NCBI GenBank assembly: GCA_032249235.1
Contig: JAVVGF010000004.1
Location: 32,001 to 96,000, forward strand
DNA: 64,000 bases
Direction of reading: 5' to 3'
Source: Thermoproteota archaeon
Lineage (GTDB): Archaea > Thermoproteota > Thermoprotei > Gearchaeales > Gearchaeaceae
The first letter of the stretch is position 1, and every line of letters begins with the position of its first letter. Both the position numbers and the translations under genes were made by a program. The notes under the pieces were generated by a model. It ran no database searches. It saw nothing but the letters and a program-made list of their open reading frames with translations, and was not told the origin of the DNA. Positions 21,453 through 31,525 of the stretch are shown piece after piece.

Positions 21453-21560
21453 ATGGGAGGAAGACAAAGGACTTCTTTATTTTTAGAGAAAGGTAAGCAA
21501 GAACAAAAACCTCAAGAAACAAAGCAAGAAAAGAAGCAAGAAGCTAAGAAATCTAAATGA
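21453..21560 (+). CDS. Putative 35-aa K/E/Q-rich small protein
   Basis: MGGRQRTSLFLEKGKQEQKPQETKQEKKQEAKKSK*; stop overlaps the next ATG (ATGA). Confidence 0.55.
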   Translation: MGGRQRTSLFLEKGKQEQKPQETKQEKKQEAKKSK

Positions 21561-22354
21561 ATTTTTTTATAATTGCTCCAACAAACATTTTTTCTGATAT
21601 CCCAAGCTTAAGAGAAAAAACTGTTAGAGTAGCAAATTTAGTTAGAACATTATTGATCTTTAGAGCAAGAGGTTTAATCCTTTTTAAATATGGAAAAGAT
21701 GATGAAGAACTATATAGGTTAATCGAATTCTTCAAAGTCCCATCTTATTTAAGGAAATTCGTTTTCAAAAAAGAAAAAGCCTTAAAATATGTCGGTGTTG
21801 CTCCGCCAATTAGAGCATTTTATGAAGATAGCGATTTCGCTAGATATGGTTTTGTAGTTAAGAGCGAAAATGGAGTAAGTTATGTAAACATTGGTCTAAA
21901 AGATCTTGTAAAGATAAACTCAATCGAATTGAAAGAAAAATCTCTAGTAAAAGTGGTTCGCGAAAAAGAAAAATGGAGGATTGCAAAAAAAGAAGAAGAC
22001 TCCCTGTTTGGATTTGAACTCATTTTCATCGAGGATCTAATTAATTATTTAAATAAAATTAAAAACAAAGAAAATATAATTTTTGCAACATCAAGATATG
22101 GAAAAGAATTCTCTTTAGAAGATCTAAAAAGTTTAAATAATTTAGTAAGGACTAAGAAGAATATTTATTTATTATTTGGTTCTCCGAAGGAAGGATTATA
22201 TGAGATTTTTAAGAAATTAAATAAAAATTTAGAAGAATATGCTGATTTTGTTTATAACATGTTTCCTAATCAAGGAGTTAAAACTATAAGAACTGATGAA
22301 GCCATATTTGGTTCTCTAGCTATATTAAATCTACTCATTCCTAAAAGTATTTAA
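21557..22354 (+). CDS. SPOUT RNA methyltransferase (DUF171/MTH1-like)
   Basis: P.YLRK, TSRYG, FGSP.EG, N.FPNQGV.TIRT.EA; precedes L3. Confidence 0.9.
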   Translation: MNFFIIAPTNIFSDIPSLREKTVRVANLVRTLLIFRARGLILFKYGKDDEELYRLIEFFKVPSYLRKFVFKKEKALKYVGVAPPIRAFYEDSDFARYGFVVKSENGVSYVNIGLKDLVKINSIELKEKSLVKVVREKEKWRIAKKEEDSLFGFELIFIEDLINYLNKIKNKENIIFATSRYGKEFSLEDLKSLNNLVRTKKNIYLLFGSPKEGLYEIFKKLNKNLEEYADFVYNMFPNQGVKTIRTDEAIFGSLAILNLLIPKSI

Positions 22355-22387
22355 GCGATTTCTTCAATAATATTTCTAATCAATCTC

Positions 22388-23350
22388 ATGAGCTCACCTA
22401 GAAGAGGTTCGATGGGATTTTATCCTAGAGTAAGAGCAAGGAGCATTAGGATTAGAGTTAAATCTTGGCCTTCAGCAAAAGAAGCTGTATTATTAGGCTT
22501 TCCTGCATATAAAGTAGGAATGGTAAGTTCAATACTTTTGGATGCTTATGAAAAATCCCATTTATTTGGTAAAGAAGTAGTTAAAGCTTGCACTGTTCTC
22601 GAAGCTCCTCCTGTATATGTTTTAGGTCTTAAGCTTTATAAAAAAGAAATGGGAGCATTAAAATCACTAGCTACGATTTTCTCCAAAGAAATACCTAAAA
22701 AAATATCAGAACGTATAGATGGTCCTGTAAAAAGTAATTATGATTTAAGTCTTATTGATGAAGTTAAAGATCAGATTGCTGAAATAAGAGCTATAGTTGC
22801 AACACAGCCTTTTCTTACAGGTATTGGCAAAAAAAAGCCTGATGTTTTTGAGATAAAAATAGGCGGAGAGTTGAATTCTGCAATAGAATATGCCAAGAAG
22901 ATATTTGGGAAAGAAGTCAGCGTAAAAGAAGTATTCAAAGAATTGAGTCTAGTTGATGTTATAGGAGTTACTAAAGGAAAAGGCTTCCAAGGTGTAGTTA
23001 AAAGATTCGGTGTTAAAGTTTTACCAAGATGGCATAAACATAGGAAAGGTAGCAGAAAGGTCGGTTCAATTGGTCCAATAGATCCTTCTCTAATGCGATT
23101 TGTTCCAAGACCTGGACAAATGGGCTTTCATCGTAGAACAGAATATAATAAATTAATCTTGCACATTGGCGAAGATCCGAATAGCATAAATCCCAAAGGA
23201 GGCTTTAAACATTATGGTTTGATTAAAAATAACTATATTCTTCTTTTAGGTAGCGTAATGGGTCCTCCAAAGCGAATTATTTTCTTAAGATATCCAATAC
23301 GTCCTCAAAAAAGAATTTGGAAATATCAATTGCTTAAGGTTGTTGCATGA
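22388..23350 (+). CDS. rpl3: 50S ribosomal protein uL3
   Basis: PRRGS, TKGKGFQG.VKRFG, GQMGFH.RTE.NK. Confidence 0.97.
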   Translation: MSSPRRGSMGFYPRVRARSIRIRVKSWPSAKEAVLLGFPAYKVGMVSSILLDAYEKSHLFGKEVVKACTVLEAPPVYVLGLKLYKKEMGALKSLATIFSKEIPKKISERIDGPVKSNYDLSLIDEVKDQIAEIRAIVATQPFLTGIGKKKPDVFEIKIGGELNSAIEYAKKIFGKEVSVKEVFKELSLVDVIGVTKGKGFQGVVKRFGVKVLPRWHKHRKGSRKVGSIGPIDPSLMRFVPRPGQMGFHRRTEYNKLILHIGEDPNSINPKGGFKHYGLIKNNYILLLGSVMGPPKRIIFLRYPIRPQKRIWKYQLLKVVA

Positions 23351-24165
23351 TGCTAGAAAAGATTTCATTGGTAGTAATAGATAAAGATGGTAAGTTAGAA
23401 AAAACTCTAACATTTTTACCATTACCTTTCCTTGCTCCATATCGCTATGATCTAATAAAAAGAGCTGTTTTGACAGAATTGCAAAATCAAAAACAGTCTA
23501 AAGGCGTTGATCCCTTAGCAGGTAAAAGGACTAGTGCAGAAAGCTGGGGCGTTGGTTATGGAATTGCACGTATACCTAGAGTTAAGGGTGCTGGAACTCC
23601 TAGAGCTAATCAAGGCGCATTCGCTCCAAGCACAAGAGGAGGCTATCATCCTACAGCACCTAAATCAAATAAAATAATCAAGGTCAAAATGAACAAAAAA
23701 GAGAAGAAATTGGCTTTATTTAGTGCAATAGCTTCAACTGCTAATTTAGATTTGGTATTGAAAAGAGGACATGTGATAACGAATCCTGATCTCAAATTAC
23801 CTATAATATTAAGCGAAGAAGTTGCGAAAATAGAAAAAACAAAAGAGCTTGTAGATTTCTTGAAGAAAATAGGTATCTATGCAGATATTGAAAGAGTAAA
23901 AAATAGCATTAAAATAAGAGCAGGAAAAGGTAAAAGAAGAGGTAGAAGATATAAAGAAAGAAAGGGTCCATTATTAGTCAAATTAGGGAATGAACCAATA
24001 GCTAAAGCTTTTAAAAATTTACCTGGTGCAGACGTTGCTGATGTGAGAAATTTACCTGTATATATGTTAGCTCCTGGCTGTTTACCAGGAAGACTTACAC
24101 TTTGGACAATAAATTCATTCAATTATCTTGCTGAAAGATTCGGTTTTGTAGGTGAAAAGAAATGA
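23347..24165 (+). CDS. rpl4: 50S ribosomal protein uL4
   Basis: SAESWG.G.G.AR.PR, RAGKGK.RGR, LAPG..PGRL. Confidence 0.97.
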   Translation: MMLEKISLVVIDKDGKLEKTLTFLPLPFLAPYRYDLIKRAVLTELQNQKQSKGVDPLAGKRTSAESWGVGYGIARIPRVKGAGTPRANQGAFAPSTRGGYHPTAPKSNKIIKVKMNKKEKKLALFSAIASTANLDLVLKRGHVITNPDLKLPIILSEEVAKIEKTKELVDFLKKIGIYADIERVKNSIKIRAGKGKRRGRRYKERKGPLLVKLGNEPIAKAFKNLPGADVADVRNLPVYMLAPGCLPGRLTLWTINSFNYLAERFGFVGEKK

Positions 24166-24410
24166 GTATAATAAGATTTGTGATGAATGAAAAAGCCCTA
24201 AGGATGGCTGAAAAAGAAAACAAAATAGTAGCTATCGTAGATATGAAGCTGAATAAAAATGAAATCAAAAGATTGATTGAAAAAACATATGGTTTAAAGA
24301 TTGAAAAAATAAATACTCTGATAACTAGCAAAGGTGAAAAGAAAGCAATGATAAAGTTAACAAAAGAGTTTTCTGCAATAGATTTCTATGCTAAAATAGG
24401 ATTGATATGA
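24162..24410 (+). CDS. rpl23: 50S ribosomal protein uL23
   Basis: EKA, INTLIT..G.KKA.I.L. Confidence 0.95.
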   Translation: MSIIRFVMNEKALRMAEKENKIVAIVDMKLNKNEIKRLIEKTYGLKIEKINTLITSKGEKKAMIKLTKEFSAIDFYAKIGLI

Positions 24411-24411
24411 A

Positions 24412-25137
24412 ATGGGCAAGAGATTAAGGCAACAAAGAGCTGGAAGAGCTACACCCACTTTCATTTCTCCATCTTGGAGGAAGATAGCTCCAGCGAAATA
24501 TCCTGCTTGGTTGCATGAAATGATAAAAACAAACAAGGTCGTAGGTAAAGTAGTTGATATAATTCCTGAAAGCGGTAGAGATGCTCCTTTATGCTTAATA
24601 GAAGTTTCTCAAGGGAAGCAATTTTATTCGGTCGCTCCTGAAGGAATAGCTATAGGTGATATAATTGAAATTGGGGATGCAGTTCCTATAAAAGTAGGCA
24701 ATATTTGTAAAGTAGGTAATTTACCTGAAGGAACGATTGTATGCAACGTTGAAAGAAGGCCGGGTGATGGAGGGAAATTCGTTAGAGCAGCAGGTTCATA
24801 TTCAACTGTTTCTTCCCAAACTCAAAATGGAACAGTAATAATGTTACCTTCAGGAAAGTTTATAGAAATAAATAAAGAATGTCTTGCTACGATTGGTGTT
24901 GTTGCAGGAGGCGGTAAAACTGAAAAACCACTCTTAAAGGCAGGTAAGAGTTATCATAAATATAAAGCTAAGGCGAGAAAATGGCCAACAGTTCGAGGTA
25001 AAGCTATGTATGCAGCAGCTCATCCACACGGAGGAGGTGCTCATCCAAAAGGAGGTAGGGTTGTCAAAAAGACTTCTCCTCCTGGTAAGAAAGTCGGATT
25101 ATATGGTTCGAAGAGAACAGGTAGAAGAAAAGGTTAA
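24412..25137 (+). CDS. rpl2: 50S ribosomal protein uL2
   Basis: MGKRL..QR.GR, WP.VRG.AM, HPHGGG, RTGR. Confidence 0.97.
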   Translation: MGKRLRQQRAGRATPTFISPSWRKIAPAKYPAWLHEMIKTNKVVGKVVDIIPESGRDAPLCLIEVSQGKQFYSVAPEGIAIGDIIEIGDAVPIKVGNICKVGNLPEGTIVCNVERRPGDGGKFVRAAGSYSTVSSQTQNGTVIMLPSGKFIEINKECLATIGVVAGGGKTEKPLLKAGKSYHKYKAKARKWPTVRGKAMYAAAHPHGGGAHPKGGRVVKKTSPPGKKVGLYGSKRTGRRKG

Positions 25138-25164
25138 AATACTAAATCTAAGTAAGTAAGAATT

Positions 25165-25560
25165 ATGCCTAGAGAATTTACATTTCGCGGTTATACTATT
25201 GATCAATTAAGAAAATTACCTATGGATGAATTCATAAATCTACTCAACTCAAGGGAGAGAAGATCTTTGAAGAGAGGATTATTGAAAAAATATAAGCGAT
25301 TATTAGAGAAAATCAGAGCTGCTAAGGCAGGAATATATACAAAGCCCATTAGGACCCATGCTAGAGACATGATAATATTGCCTGAAATGGTAGGCCTAAC
25401 AATTCATGTTTATAATGGTAAGGAATTTGTTCCAGTAGAAATAAAGCCTGAAATGATAGGCTTTAGATTGGGAGATTTCTCTATAACTACGAAGAAAGTA
25501 ATACATGGAGAGCCAGGTTTGAGAGCGACAAGAGGATCGATGTATGTTCCTTTGAAGTGA
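25165..25560 (+). CDS. rps19: 30S ribosomal protein uS19
   Basis: [23 protein letters not shown]. Confidence 0.97.
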   Translation: MPREFTFRGYTIDQLRKLPMDEFINLLNSRERRSLKRGLLKKYKRLLEKIRAAKAGIYTKPIRTHARDMIILPEMVGLTIHVYNGKEFVPVEIKPEMIGFRLGDFSITTKKVIHGEPGLRATRGSMYVPLK

Positions 25561-25561
25561 A

Positions 25562-26023
25562 ATGCCAGAATTTGGTTATTCTTATAAAGTAGTAGAGCCT
25601 GAAAGGACAGTAATAGCAAGTGGTAGAGATCTGAATATTTCTTTCAAAGAAGCTGTTGAACTTTGTAGATACTTGAAAGGAAGAAAGCTCGATGAAGCAA
25701 AGAAGATACTTGAAGAAGTAATTGAATTGAAAAGAGCTATACCCTTTAGAACTTTCAAGAAAAAAGTCCCTCATCATAGGTATGATAATACAAGCGGGCC
25801 TTCTAGATATCCTAAAAAAGTAGCAAAGGCGTTGCTAAAGATTTTAGAAAGCTTAGAAGCCAATGCTGAGTTTAAAGGTTTGGATCTTAGCAAGATAAAA
25901 TTAGTTCATTTAGCAGCTCAAAAAGGATATAAAATAAAAAAATACATTCCAAGAGCTTTCGGCAGATCAAGCCCTTACTTTAGAGAGTTAGTTCATATTG
26001 AAGTGGTTGGTGTTGAGAGTTAA
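25562..26023 (+). CDS. rpl22: 50S ribosomal protein uL22
   Basis: RYP.K, NAE.KGLD, PRAFGR. Confidence 0.96.
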   Translation: MPEFGYSYKVVEPERTVIASGRDLNISFKEAVELCRYLKGRKLDEAKKILEEVIELKRAIPFRTFKKKVPHHRYDNTSGPSRYPKKVAKALLKILESLEANAEFKGLDLSKIKLVHLAAQKGYKIKKYIPRAFGRSSPYFRELVHIEVVGVES

Positions 26024-26658
26024 TGCCGACAACAGCTAAACAATTTATTAAATTTGCAACGCTTCAAGCTGATATTAAAGAATTTATAGAGAATAAACTA
26101 AAGGATGCAGGAATAGCGAATATAGATGTTCAACAAATAGCTACAGGCTTGAGAATAATAATAGATGTCGAAAAGCCTAAAATAGCCTTAGGTCCGCATG
26201 GTATAAAAATAAAAGAAGTTGAAGAAGGTATAAAGGCATTATTCAACGTAAAAAACGTAGAAATATTTGTAAACGAAGTAACAAATCCTTCTTTATATCC
26301 TAGCATTATAGCTAACAGAATTGCTTCTGCAATGGAAAGAGGAATACATTTCCGTAGAGCCGCTAATTTAGCGTTGAAACAAATAATGGAAGCTGGGGCA
26401 TTAGGAGCTGAAATAACTATTAGTGGTAAGTTAGTAAGTGAAAGAGCGAGATTTGAAAAATTCAGATTTGGCATAATTCCTAAATCAGGACAACCTGCAC
26501 ATGAATATGTAAGGAAAGCTACTACGCACGTCTTACTTAAACCTGGTATATTTGGAATAAAAGTAAAAATATTGCCGCCTGTTCAATTGCCAGATGATAA
26601 ACTGAGAAAGGTAATGGAATTGAGTAAAGAGAAAATCAAGCAACAGGTTGAAACATGA
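26023..26658 (+). CDS. rps3: 30S ribosomal protein uS3
   Basis: KH domain, HFRRA, GA.GAEI.ISGKL..ERAR, G..GIKV.I. Confidence 0.96.
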   Translation: MPTTAKQFIKFATLQADIKEFIENKLKDAGIANIDVQQIATGLRIIIDVEKPKIALGPHGIKIKEVEEGIKALFNVKNVEIFVNEVTNPSLYPSIIANRIASAMERGIHFRRAANLALKQIMEAGALGAEITISGKLVSERARFEKFRFGIIPKSGQPAHEYVRKATTHVLLKPGIFGIKVKILPPVQLPDDKLRKVMELSKEKIKQQVET

Positions 26659-26867
26659 AGTTAAAAGAGTTGAGGAAATTATCTAGAGAAGAAAGAGAAA
26701 AAAGATTGAAGGAGCTACAACTAGAATTGATAAAAGTCAGATCCCAATTTGTTGCAGGAAAACCTCCTAAGAATGTAAAGCTTTTAAGAAACTTAAGAAA
26801 GGAAATTGCAAGAATATTGACTATAAATAGAGAAGAGGATTTGAAGAATGAAGCTAAGAAAAGATAA
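26655..26867 (+). CDS. rpl29: 50S ribosomal protein uL29
   Basis: ELR..., RK.IARILT. Confidence 0.95.
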   Translation: MKLKELRKLSREEREKRLKELQLELIKVRSQFVAGKPPKNVKLLRNLRKEIARILTINREEDLKNEAKKR

Positions 26868-27108
26868 TCTGCATGCTCATGAATTGTTAGGAATGGAAGT
26901 TATAGTATTGGATAATAAAGGAGAGGAAATCATGAAAGGAATTATTTTCGATGAAAGTAAGGAAACGATAAAAATAAAAAATGTTTCAAAAAAGAGAATT
27001 TTTCTCAAAAGATCTCACGATTTCGTTTTCGAAATAAATAATGAGAGGATAAAAATTAAAGGAATTAATTTAATTGGAAGACCTGAAGAGAGGATAAGGA
27101 AAATATGA
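26848..27108 (+). CDS. rnp1: RNase P protein Rpp29 (p29)
   Basis: HEL.G, G...DE, GRPEERI; synteny L29-Rpp29-S17. Confidence 0.9.
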   Translation: MKLRKDNLHAHELLGMEVIVLDNKGEEIMKGIIFDESKETIKIKNVSKKRIFLKRSHDFVFEINNERIKIKGINLIGRPEERIRKI

Positions 27109-27425
27109 AGAAAAGAGTCATCTTCGGAATAGAACCTCCTCAAGAAGTTTGTGATGATAAGCTATGTCCATTCCATGGAGAGCTTTCAGTAAGAGGTAGG
27201 ATTGATACTGGAACTGTTATAAAGCTTAAAGCAATGAAGACTGCCGTCGTTGAAAAAGAATATTTAGTTTTCATAAAGAAATATCAACGCTATGAGAGAA
27301 GAAGAAGTAAATATCATGTACATGTTCCAGCATGTATAAAAGTAAAAGAGGGAGATAAAGTCATCTTTGGAGAATGTAGGCCTTTAGCTAAAACAGTCTC
27401 TTCAGTTATACTAAAGGTTATATGA
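27105..27425 (+). CDS. rps17: 30S ribosomal protein uS17
   Basis: C.D..CPFHG, KY.RYERRR, ECRPLAKT. Confidence 0.96.
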   Translation: MKKRVIFGIEPPQEVCDDKLCPFHGELSVRGRIDTGTVIKLKAMKTAVVEKEYLVFIKKYQRYERRRSKYHVHVPACIKVKEGDKVIFGECRPLAKTVSSVILKVI

Positions 27426-27464
27426 AAAGCTTATATCTAGCCAGCTTTTATAGAGAGATGTATC

Positions 27465-27890
27465 ATGGCTAAAAGAGGAGGAAAAGTTGCAGTTGCAACA
27501 TTTAGGGCTCGTATATCAAGAGCTATTCCTGTTAATGCTATTGTTAATTGTGCAGATAACTCTGGAGTATTGCAGGCAAAAGTTATTGGTGTCTTTGCAT
27601 TAAACACAAGAAAAAGAAGAATACCTACAGCTGCTGTAGGAGATATGGTTAAAGTATCTGTATATAAAGGTAAAACTGAACTTAAAGATCAGCTTCTAAA
27701 TGCTGTAGTTATAAGGCAGAGGAAGCCTTATAGAAGACCAGACGGTTCTTGGATTGCTTTTGAAGACAATGCAGTTGTAATACTAACTCCTGAAGGAGAT
27801 GTAAAAGGTACTGAAATTTATGGTCCTGTAGCAAAGGAAGCAGCAGAAAGATGGCCTAAAATAGCTGCTATTGCATCATTAGTGGTATAA
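27465..27890 (+). CDS. rpl14: 50S ribosomal protein uL14
   Basis: CADNSG, RQRKPYRRPDG, FEDNA, GPVAKEAAERWP. Confidence 0.97.
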   Translation: MAKRGGKVAVATFRARISRAIPVNAIVNCADNSGVLQAKVIGVFALNTRKRRIPTAAVGDMVKVSVYKGKTELKDQLLNAVVIRQRKPYRRPDGSWIAFEDNAVVILTPEGDVKGTEIYGPVAKEAAERWPKIAAIASLVV

Positions 27891-28255
27891 TGGCTTCAAA
27901 AAAACCTTCTACACAAAGGAGACAAATATATAAACTCTTCACTAATAAAGATTACTCCAAGCTTTTACATGTTCATTTGAGTAAAGAATTAAGAGAAAAA
28001 TATAAGAGAAGAGCTATAAGAGTGAGGAAAGGAGATATAGTTCGCGTAATGCGAGGTTCTTATAGGGGTTATGAAGGAAAAGTAGCTAAAGTTGAGCCAA
28101 AAAGGGGCTTCGTATATATTGAAGGATTGACGAGAAAGACGATGCGAGGAAAACCTGTAATGATACCTATTCATGCTTCAAAATTAATGATCGTAAAACT
28201 CGATTTAAGTGATAAACTTAGAGTAGAAAAACTAGAAGAGAAGATTAAAGCATGA
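27890..28255 (+). CDS. rpl24: 50S ribosomal protein uL24
   Basis: LS.ELR.KY, VRKGD.V..MRG, PIH.S. Confidence 0.96.
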   Translation: MASKKPSTQRRQIYKLFTNKDYSKLLHVHLSKELREKYKRRAIRVRKGDIVRVMRGSYRGYEGKVAKVEPKRGFVYIEGLTRKTMRGKPVMIPIHASKLMIVKLDLSDKLRVEKLEEKIKA

Positions 28256-29037
28256 GCCCCCATATTAAGCGCTTAGCAGCACCAGATTTTTGGCCAATAT
28301 TGAAAAAAACTACAAAATGGACAATACATCCATCGCCAGGTCCTCATCCTCTGGAATATTGCATTCCTTTAGCTATAGTTTTAAGAGAAATTCTAGGATA
28401 TGCATCGAATATGAAAGAAGTAAAATACATATTAGCCAAAGGTTTTGTTAAAAGAGATGGTAAAATAATAAGGGATCATAAATTTCCTTTAGGTTTCATG
28501 GATGTTTTAGAGTTAGCTAAGGATCCTCAACCTTATAGATTTCTTCCATATAAAGGAATACCTCTAGTGTGTGCGAAGATACCTAAAGAAGAGGCTTCGA
28601 TGAAAATATGTAAAGTTGTAGGTAAAAGAACTGTTAGAAAAGGAAAGCTACAATTAAATCTTCATGATGGAAGGAATGTCTTAATAGATGCTCAAGATAA
28701 AGACAAAATTAAGATAAATGATTCATTATTAATAGAAATTCCTTCGCAAAACGTTAAAGAAATCATAAAATTTGAAGAAGGAAATGTTTGTTTGATATAT
28801 CGTGGCATCAATGCTGGTTCTTATGGTATTTTGAAGAAAATTAATACTGTAATACCTAAGAGAAATAGTATAGTGGAAATTGAAGATATGAATGGAAATA
28901 TTATAAGGACAAATATAAATTATGCGATCCCAGTAGGTTACGAAAAGCCTTTACTGAAAATGATTGAAAGTGATGTAGACTATGTTACGCCCATGATTTA
29001 TAGAAAAATATCTTTGAAAGGGTACCATGTCGATTGA
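28252..29037 (+). CDS. rps4e: 30S ribosomal protein S4e
   Basis: H.KRLAAP..W, PSPGPH, QLNLHDGRN. Confidence 0.96.
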   Translation: MSPHIKRLAAPDFWPILKKTTKWTIHPSPGPHPLEYCIPLAIVLREILGYASNMKEVKYILAKGFVKRDGKIIRDHKFPLGFMDVLELAKDPQPYRFLPYKGIPLVCAKIPKEEASMKICKVVGKRTVRKGKLQLNLHDGRNVLIDAQDKDKIKINDSLLIEIPSQNVKEIIKFEEGNVCLIYRGINAGSYGILKKINTVIPKRNSIVEIEDMNGNIIRTNINYAIPVGYEKPLLKMIESDVDYVTPMIYRKISLKGYHVD

Positions 29038-29554
29038 AAATCAGCTCACTAATCCGATGAGAACTATAAAAGTTCATTCAGTAGTTCTGAATATTTCAGT
29101 AGGTTCTTCTGAAGAAAAATTGGAAGGTGCTGCAAAGATTTTAGAGAAATTAACGGGTCAGAAGCCTAGCTACAGGAGAGCTAAAAAAACTATTAAAGAA
29201 TTCAAAATAAAGAAGGGTGAGCCTATAGCATGTATAGTAACCTTAAGAGGAAAAAAGGCTGAAGAAATTCTAGATAAAGCTTTAGAAGCTGTGAATAGAA
29301 GAATAAAGGCAGAATCCTTTACTGATCGCGGAAACTTTAGCTTTGGAATTAAAGAATACATTGATATACCTGGAATGATCTATGATCCTTCAATAGGAAT
29401 ATTAGGTATGGATGTATGTGTCAACCTTGCAAGAGCTGGATGGAGAGTTAAACAAAGAAGAGTAAAGGCTTCTAAGATAGGTAAAAATCATTTAGTAACT
29501 AAGGAAGAAGCTATAGAATTCATGAAAGAAAAATTTAAGGTTGAAATAATATGA
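29027..29554 (+). CDS. rpl5: 50S ribosomal protein uL5
   Basis: NPMR, GQKP, VTLRG, GNFSFGI.E.IDI. Confidence 0.96.
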   Translation: MSIENQLTNPMRTIKVHSVVLNISVGSSEEKLEGAAKILEKLTGQKPSYRRAKKTIKEFKIKKGEPIACIVTLRGKKAEEILDKALEAVNRRIKAESFTDRGNFSFGIKEYIDIPGMIYDPSIGILGMDVCVNLARAGWRVKQRRVKASKIGKNHLVTKEEAIEFMKEKFKVEII

Positions 29555-29712
29555 AGCAACCAAAGCCTAAAGAAAGAAAGTTTGGAAAGACAACTCATAG
29601 ATGTAAAAGATGTGGAACTACAGATGGGGTTATTCGTAAGTATGGCTTATTATATTGTAGAAGATGCTTCAGAGAAATAGCTCCACTTATGGGCTTCAAG
29701 AAATATGAATAA
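29551..29712 (+). CDS. rps14: 30S ribosomal protein uS14 (53 aa; not in ORF track)
   Basis: Manual translation [22 protein letters not shown]...[15 protein letters not shown]...GFKKYE. Confidence 0.96.
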   Translation: MKQPKPKERKFGKTTHRCKRCGTTDGVIRKYGLLYCRRCFREIAPLMGFKKYE

Positions 29713-29756
29713 AAGCTTATATTTGATTTGAAGCATTAAATACATTCAGACTTATC

Positions 29757-30140
29757 ATGAACTTGCTCGCAAATACTTTAAGTGCGATAAAAAATGCTGA
29801 GATGAGGAATAAAAAGGAGTGTATAGTATATCCTGCATCAAAATTTGTTGGCTCAGTTCTTAAGGTAATACAAAAGCATGCCTATATTGGAGAATTCGAG
29901 CTCATCGATGATGGTAGAGGAGGGAAGTTTAGAATTCAGTTATTAGGTAGGATAAATGATTGTGGAATTATAAAACCAAGACTTGGTGTTAGTTACCGTG
30001 AACTTGTAAAATATGAAAGTAAATATTTACCTAGCAGGGATATAGGATTGCTAATCCTTTCAACTTCTAAAGGTATAATGACAAGTAGAGAGTGCATGGA
30101 AAATAGAATAGGAGGCGTCTTGCTTTGTTATGTCTATTAG
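29757..30140 (+). CDS. rps8: 30S ribosomal protein uS8
   Basis: YIGEFE.IDDGRGG, LLGRIN.CG.IKPR, STSKG. Confidence 0.96.
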   Translation: MNLLANTLSAIKNAEMRNKKECIVYPASKFVGSVLKVIQKHAYIGEFELIDDGRGGKFRIQLLGRINDCGIIKPRLGVSYRELVKYESKYLPSRDIGLLILSTSKGIMTSRECMENRIGGVLLCYVY

Positions 30141-30705
30141 CAAAGCTTTAGTTATAAATAGGGAAGAAATTGAAATCCCCAATGATGTAGATGTTAAAGT
30201 TAGTGAGAATTATGTCCTAGAAATTAGTGGAAAACTTGGGAAAATAATAAGAGATCTTAGCCCATATAAATTAAAAATATCAAAAAATAAATATAGAATA
30301 TATAAAGAAAATAATAAGATAATTATTGAAACTATGATAAAAGGAAAAAGAGGTGTATCTCTTTTATATACTCTTGTTTCAAAAATAAAATCTGCAATTA
30401 AAGGAGTAAGAGAAGGATATACCTATAAATTAAAAATTGTCTATTCACACTTTCCTATTTCTATTAAAGTTAAAGGGAAAGAGGTATATATAGAAAATTT
30501 CATAGGTGAAAGAGCTCCTAGAATAGCTAAAATAATAGGAGATGCAACGAAGGTTGTAGTTAAAGGAGATGATATTGAAGTTACTGGTATAGATAAAGAT
30601 GAAGTGAGCCAAACTGCAGCAAACATTCAACAAGCTACGAAAATAAAAAAGAGGGATCCTAGAAAATTCCTTGACGGAATATACATATATTACAGAGGTA
30701 AGTGA
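30130..30705 (+). CDS. rpl6: 50S ribosomal protein uL6
   Basis: YSHFPI, NF.GE..PR, QTAANI, DPRKF.DGIYI. Confidence 0.96.
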   Translation: MSISKALVINREEIEIPNDVDVKVSENYVLEISGKLGKIIRDLSPYKLKISKNKYRIYKENNKIIIETMIKGKRGVSLLYTLVSKIKSAIKGVREGYTYKLKIVYSHFPISIKVKGKEVYIENFIGERAPRIAKIIGDATKVVVKGDDIEVTGIDKDEVSQTAANIQQATKIKKRDPRKFLDGIYIYYRGK

Positions 30706-30706
30706 A

Positions 30707-31096
30707 ATGAGCGAAAAAGAACTTAAGAAAGCATTGGAAATAAGAGAAATTCAAAAAAAGAAAATGCCAGATTTCGTGAGATCAGATTCATGGAAGGTTA
30801 AAAGATTAGAAGATTCAGGCTGGAGGAAACCAAAAGGCTTGGATAATAAAATGAGGATACAAAGGAAAGGATGGCCTCCTATAGTTAAGATCGGTTATAG
30901 AAAGATTAAACTTGCAAGATATTTGCATCCGTCAGGGCTTAAGGAAGTACTAGTGCATAATAAAAATGAACTGGAAGGTTTAGATCCTGAAAAGCATATT
31001 ATAAGAATAGCTTCAAGTGTAGGTAGAAAGAAAAGAATCGAAATAATAGAAGAAGCACAAAAATTAGGATTAAAAATAGCGAATCCTAGGATATGA
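30707..31096 (+). CDS. rpl32e: 50S ribosomal protein L32e
   Basis: WRKPKG.DNK.R, IGY, HPSG, VGRKKR. Confidence 0.95.
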   Translation: MSEKELKKALEIREIQKKKMPDFVRSDSWKVKRLEDSGWRKPKGLDNKMRIQRKGWPPIVKIGYRKIKLARYLHPSGLKEVLVHNKNELEGLDPEKHIIRIASSVGRKKRIEIIEEAQKLGLKIANPRI

Positions 31097-31524
31097 GCTT
31101 AGAATACGTAAAGGAGCTTGCTTCTAAAGTAGCAGGCGTAGGTAAATCTAGAATATACATCGACCCCCAATACTATGATAGGGTTTCTACTGTAATATCT
31201 AGAGAAGAAGTTAGAAAGTTAATAGAAGACGGTATAATAAAAATAAAACAAAAGAAAGGTCAAGTTTGGAGGAAAGAGAAAATAAAGAAGAGAAGGAAAA
31301 GAAGAGGTGCCGGTAGCAAGAAGGGAAAAAGAGTCAAGGTTAAAAAGAAAGAGTATGTTTTGCGTGTAAGAGGGTTAAGGAGATTTTTAAGAGAGTTATA
31401 TGATAAAGGTGCAATGGATTCAGAAACATATAGAAAACTTAGATTGATGATCAAAGCTGGCGTAATAAGAAGTAAGAGCAGGATAAAAAGCTACTTAGAA
31501 CAATTAAAAGGCAAGGTATCTTGA
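31093..31524 (+). CDS. rpl19e: 50S ribosomal protein L19e
   Basis: VG..RI.IDP, RRRG.GS.KG, YR.L. Confidence 0.94.
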   Translation: MSLEYVKELASKVAGVGKSRIYIDPQYYDRVSTVISREEVRKLIEDGIIKIKQKKGQVWRKEKIKKRRKRRGAGSKKGKRVKVKKKEYVLRVRGLRRFLRELYDKGAMDSETYRKLRLMIKAGVIRSKSRIKSYLEQLKGKVS

Positions 31525-31525
31525 G

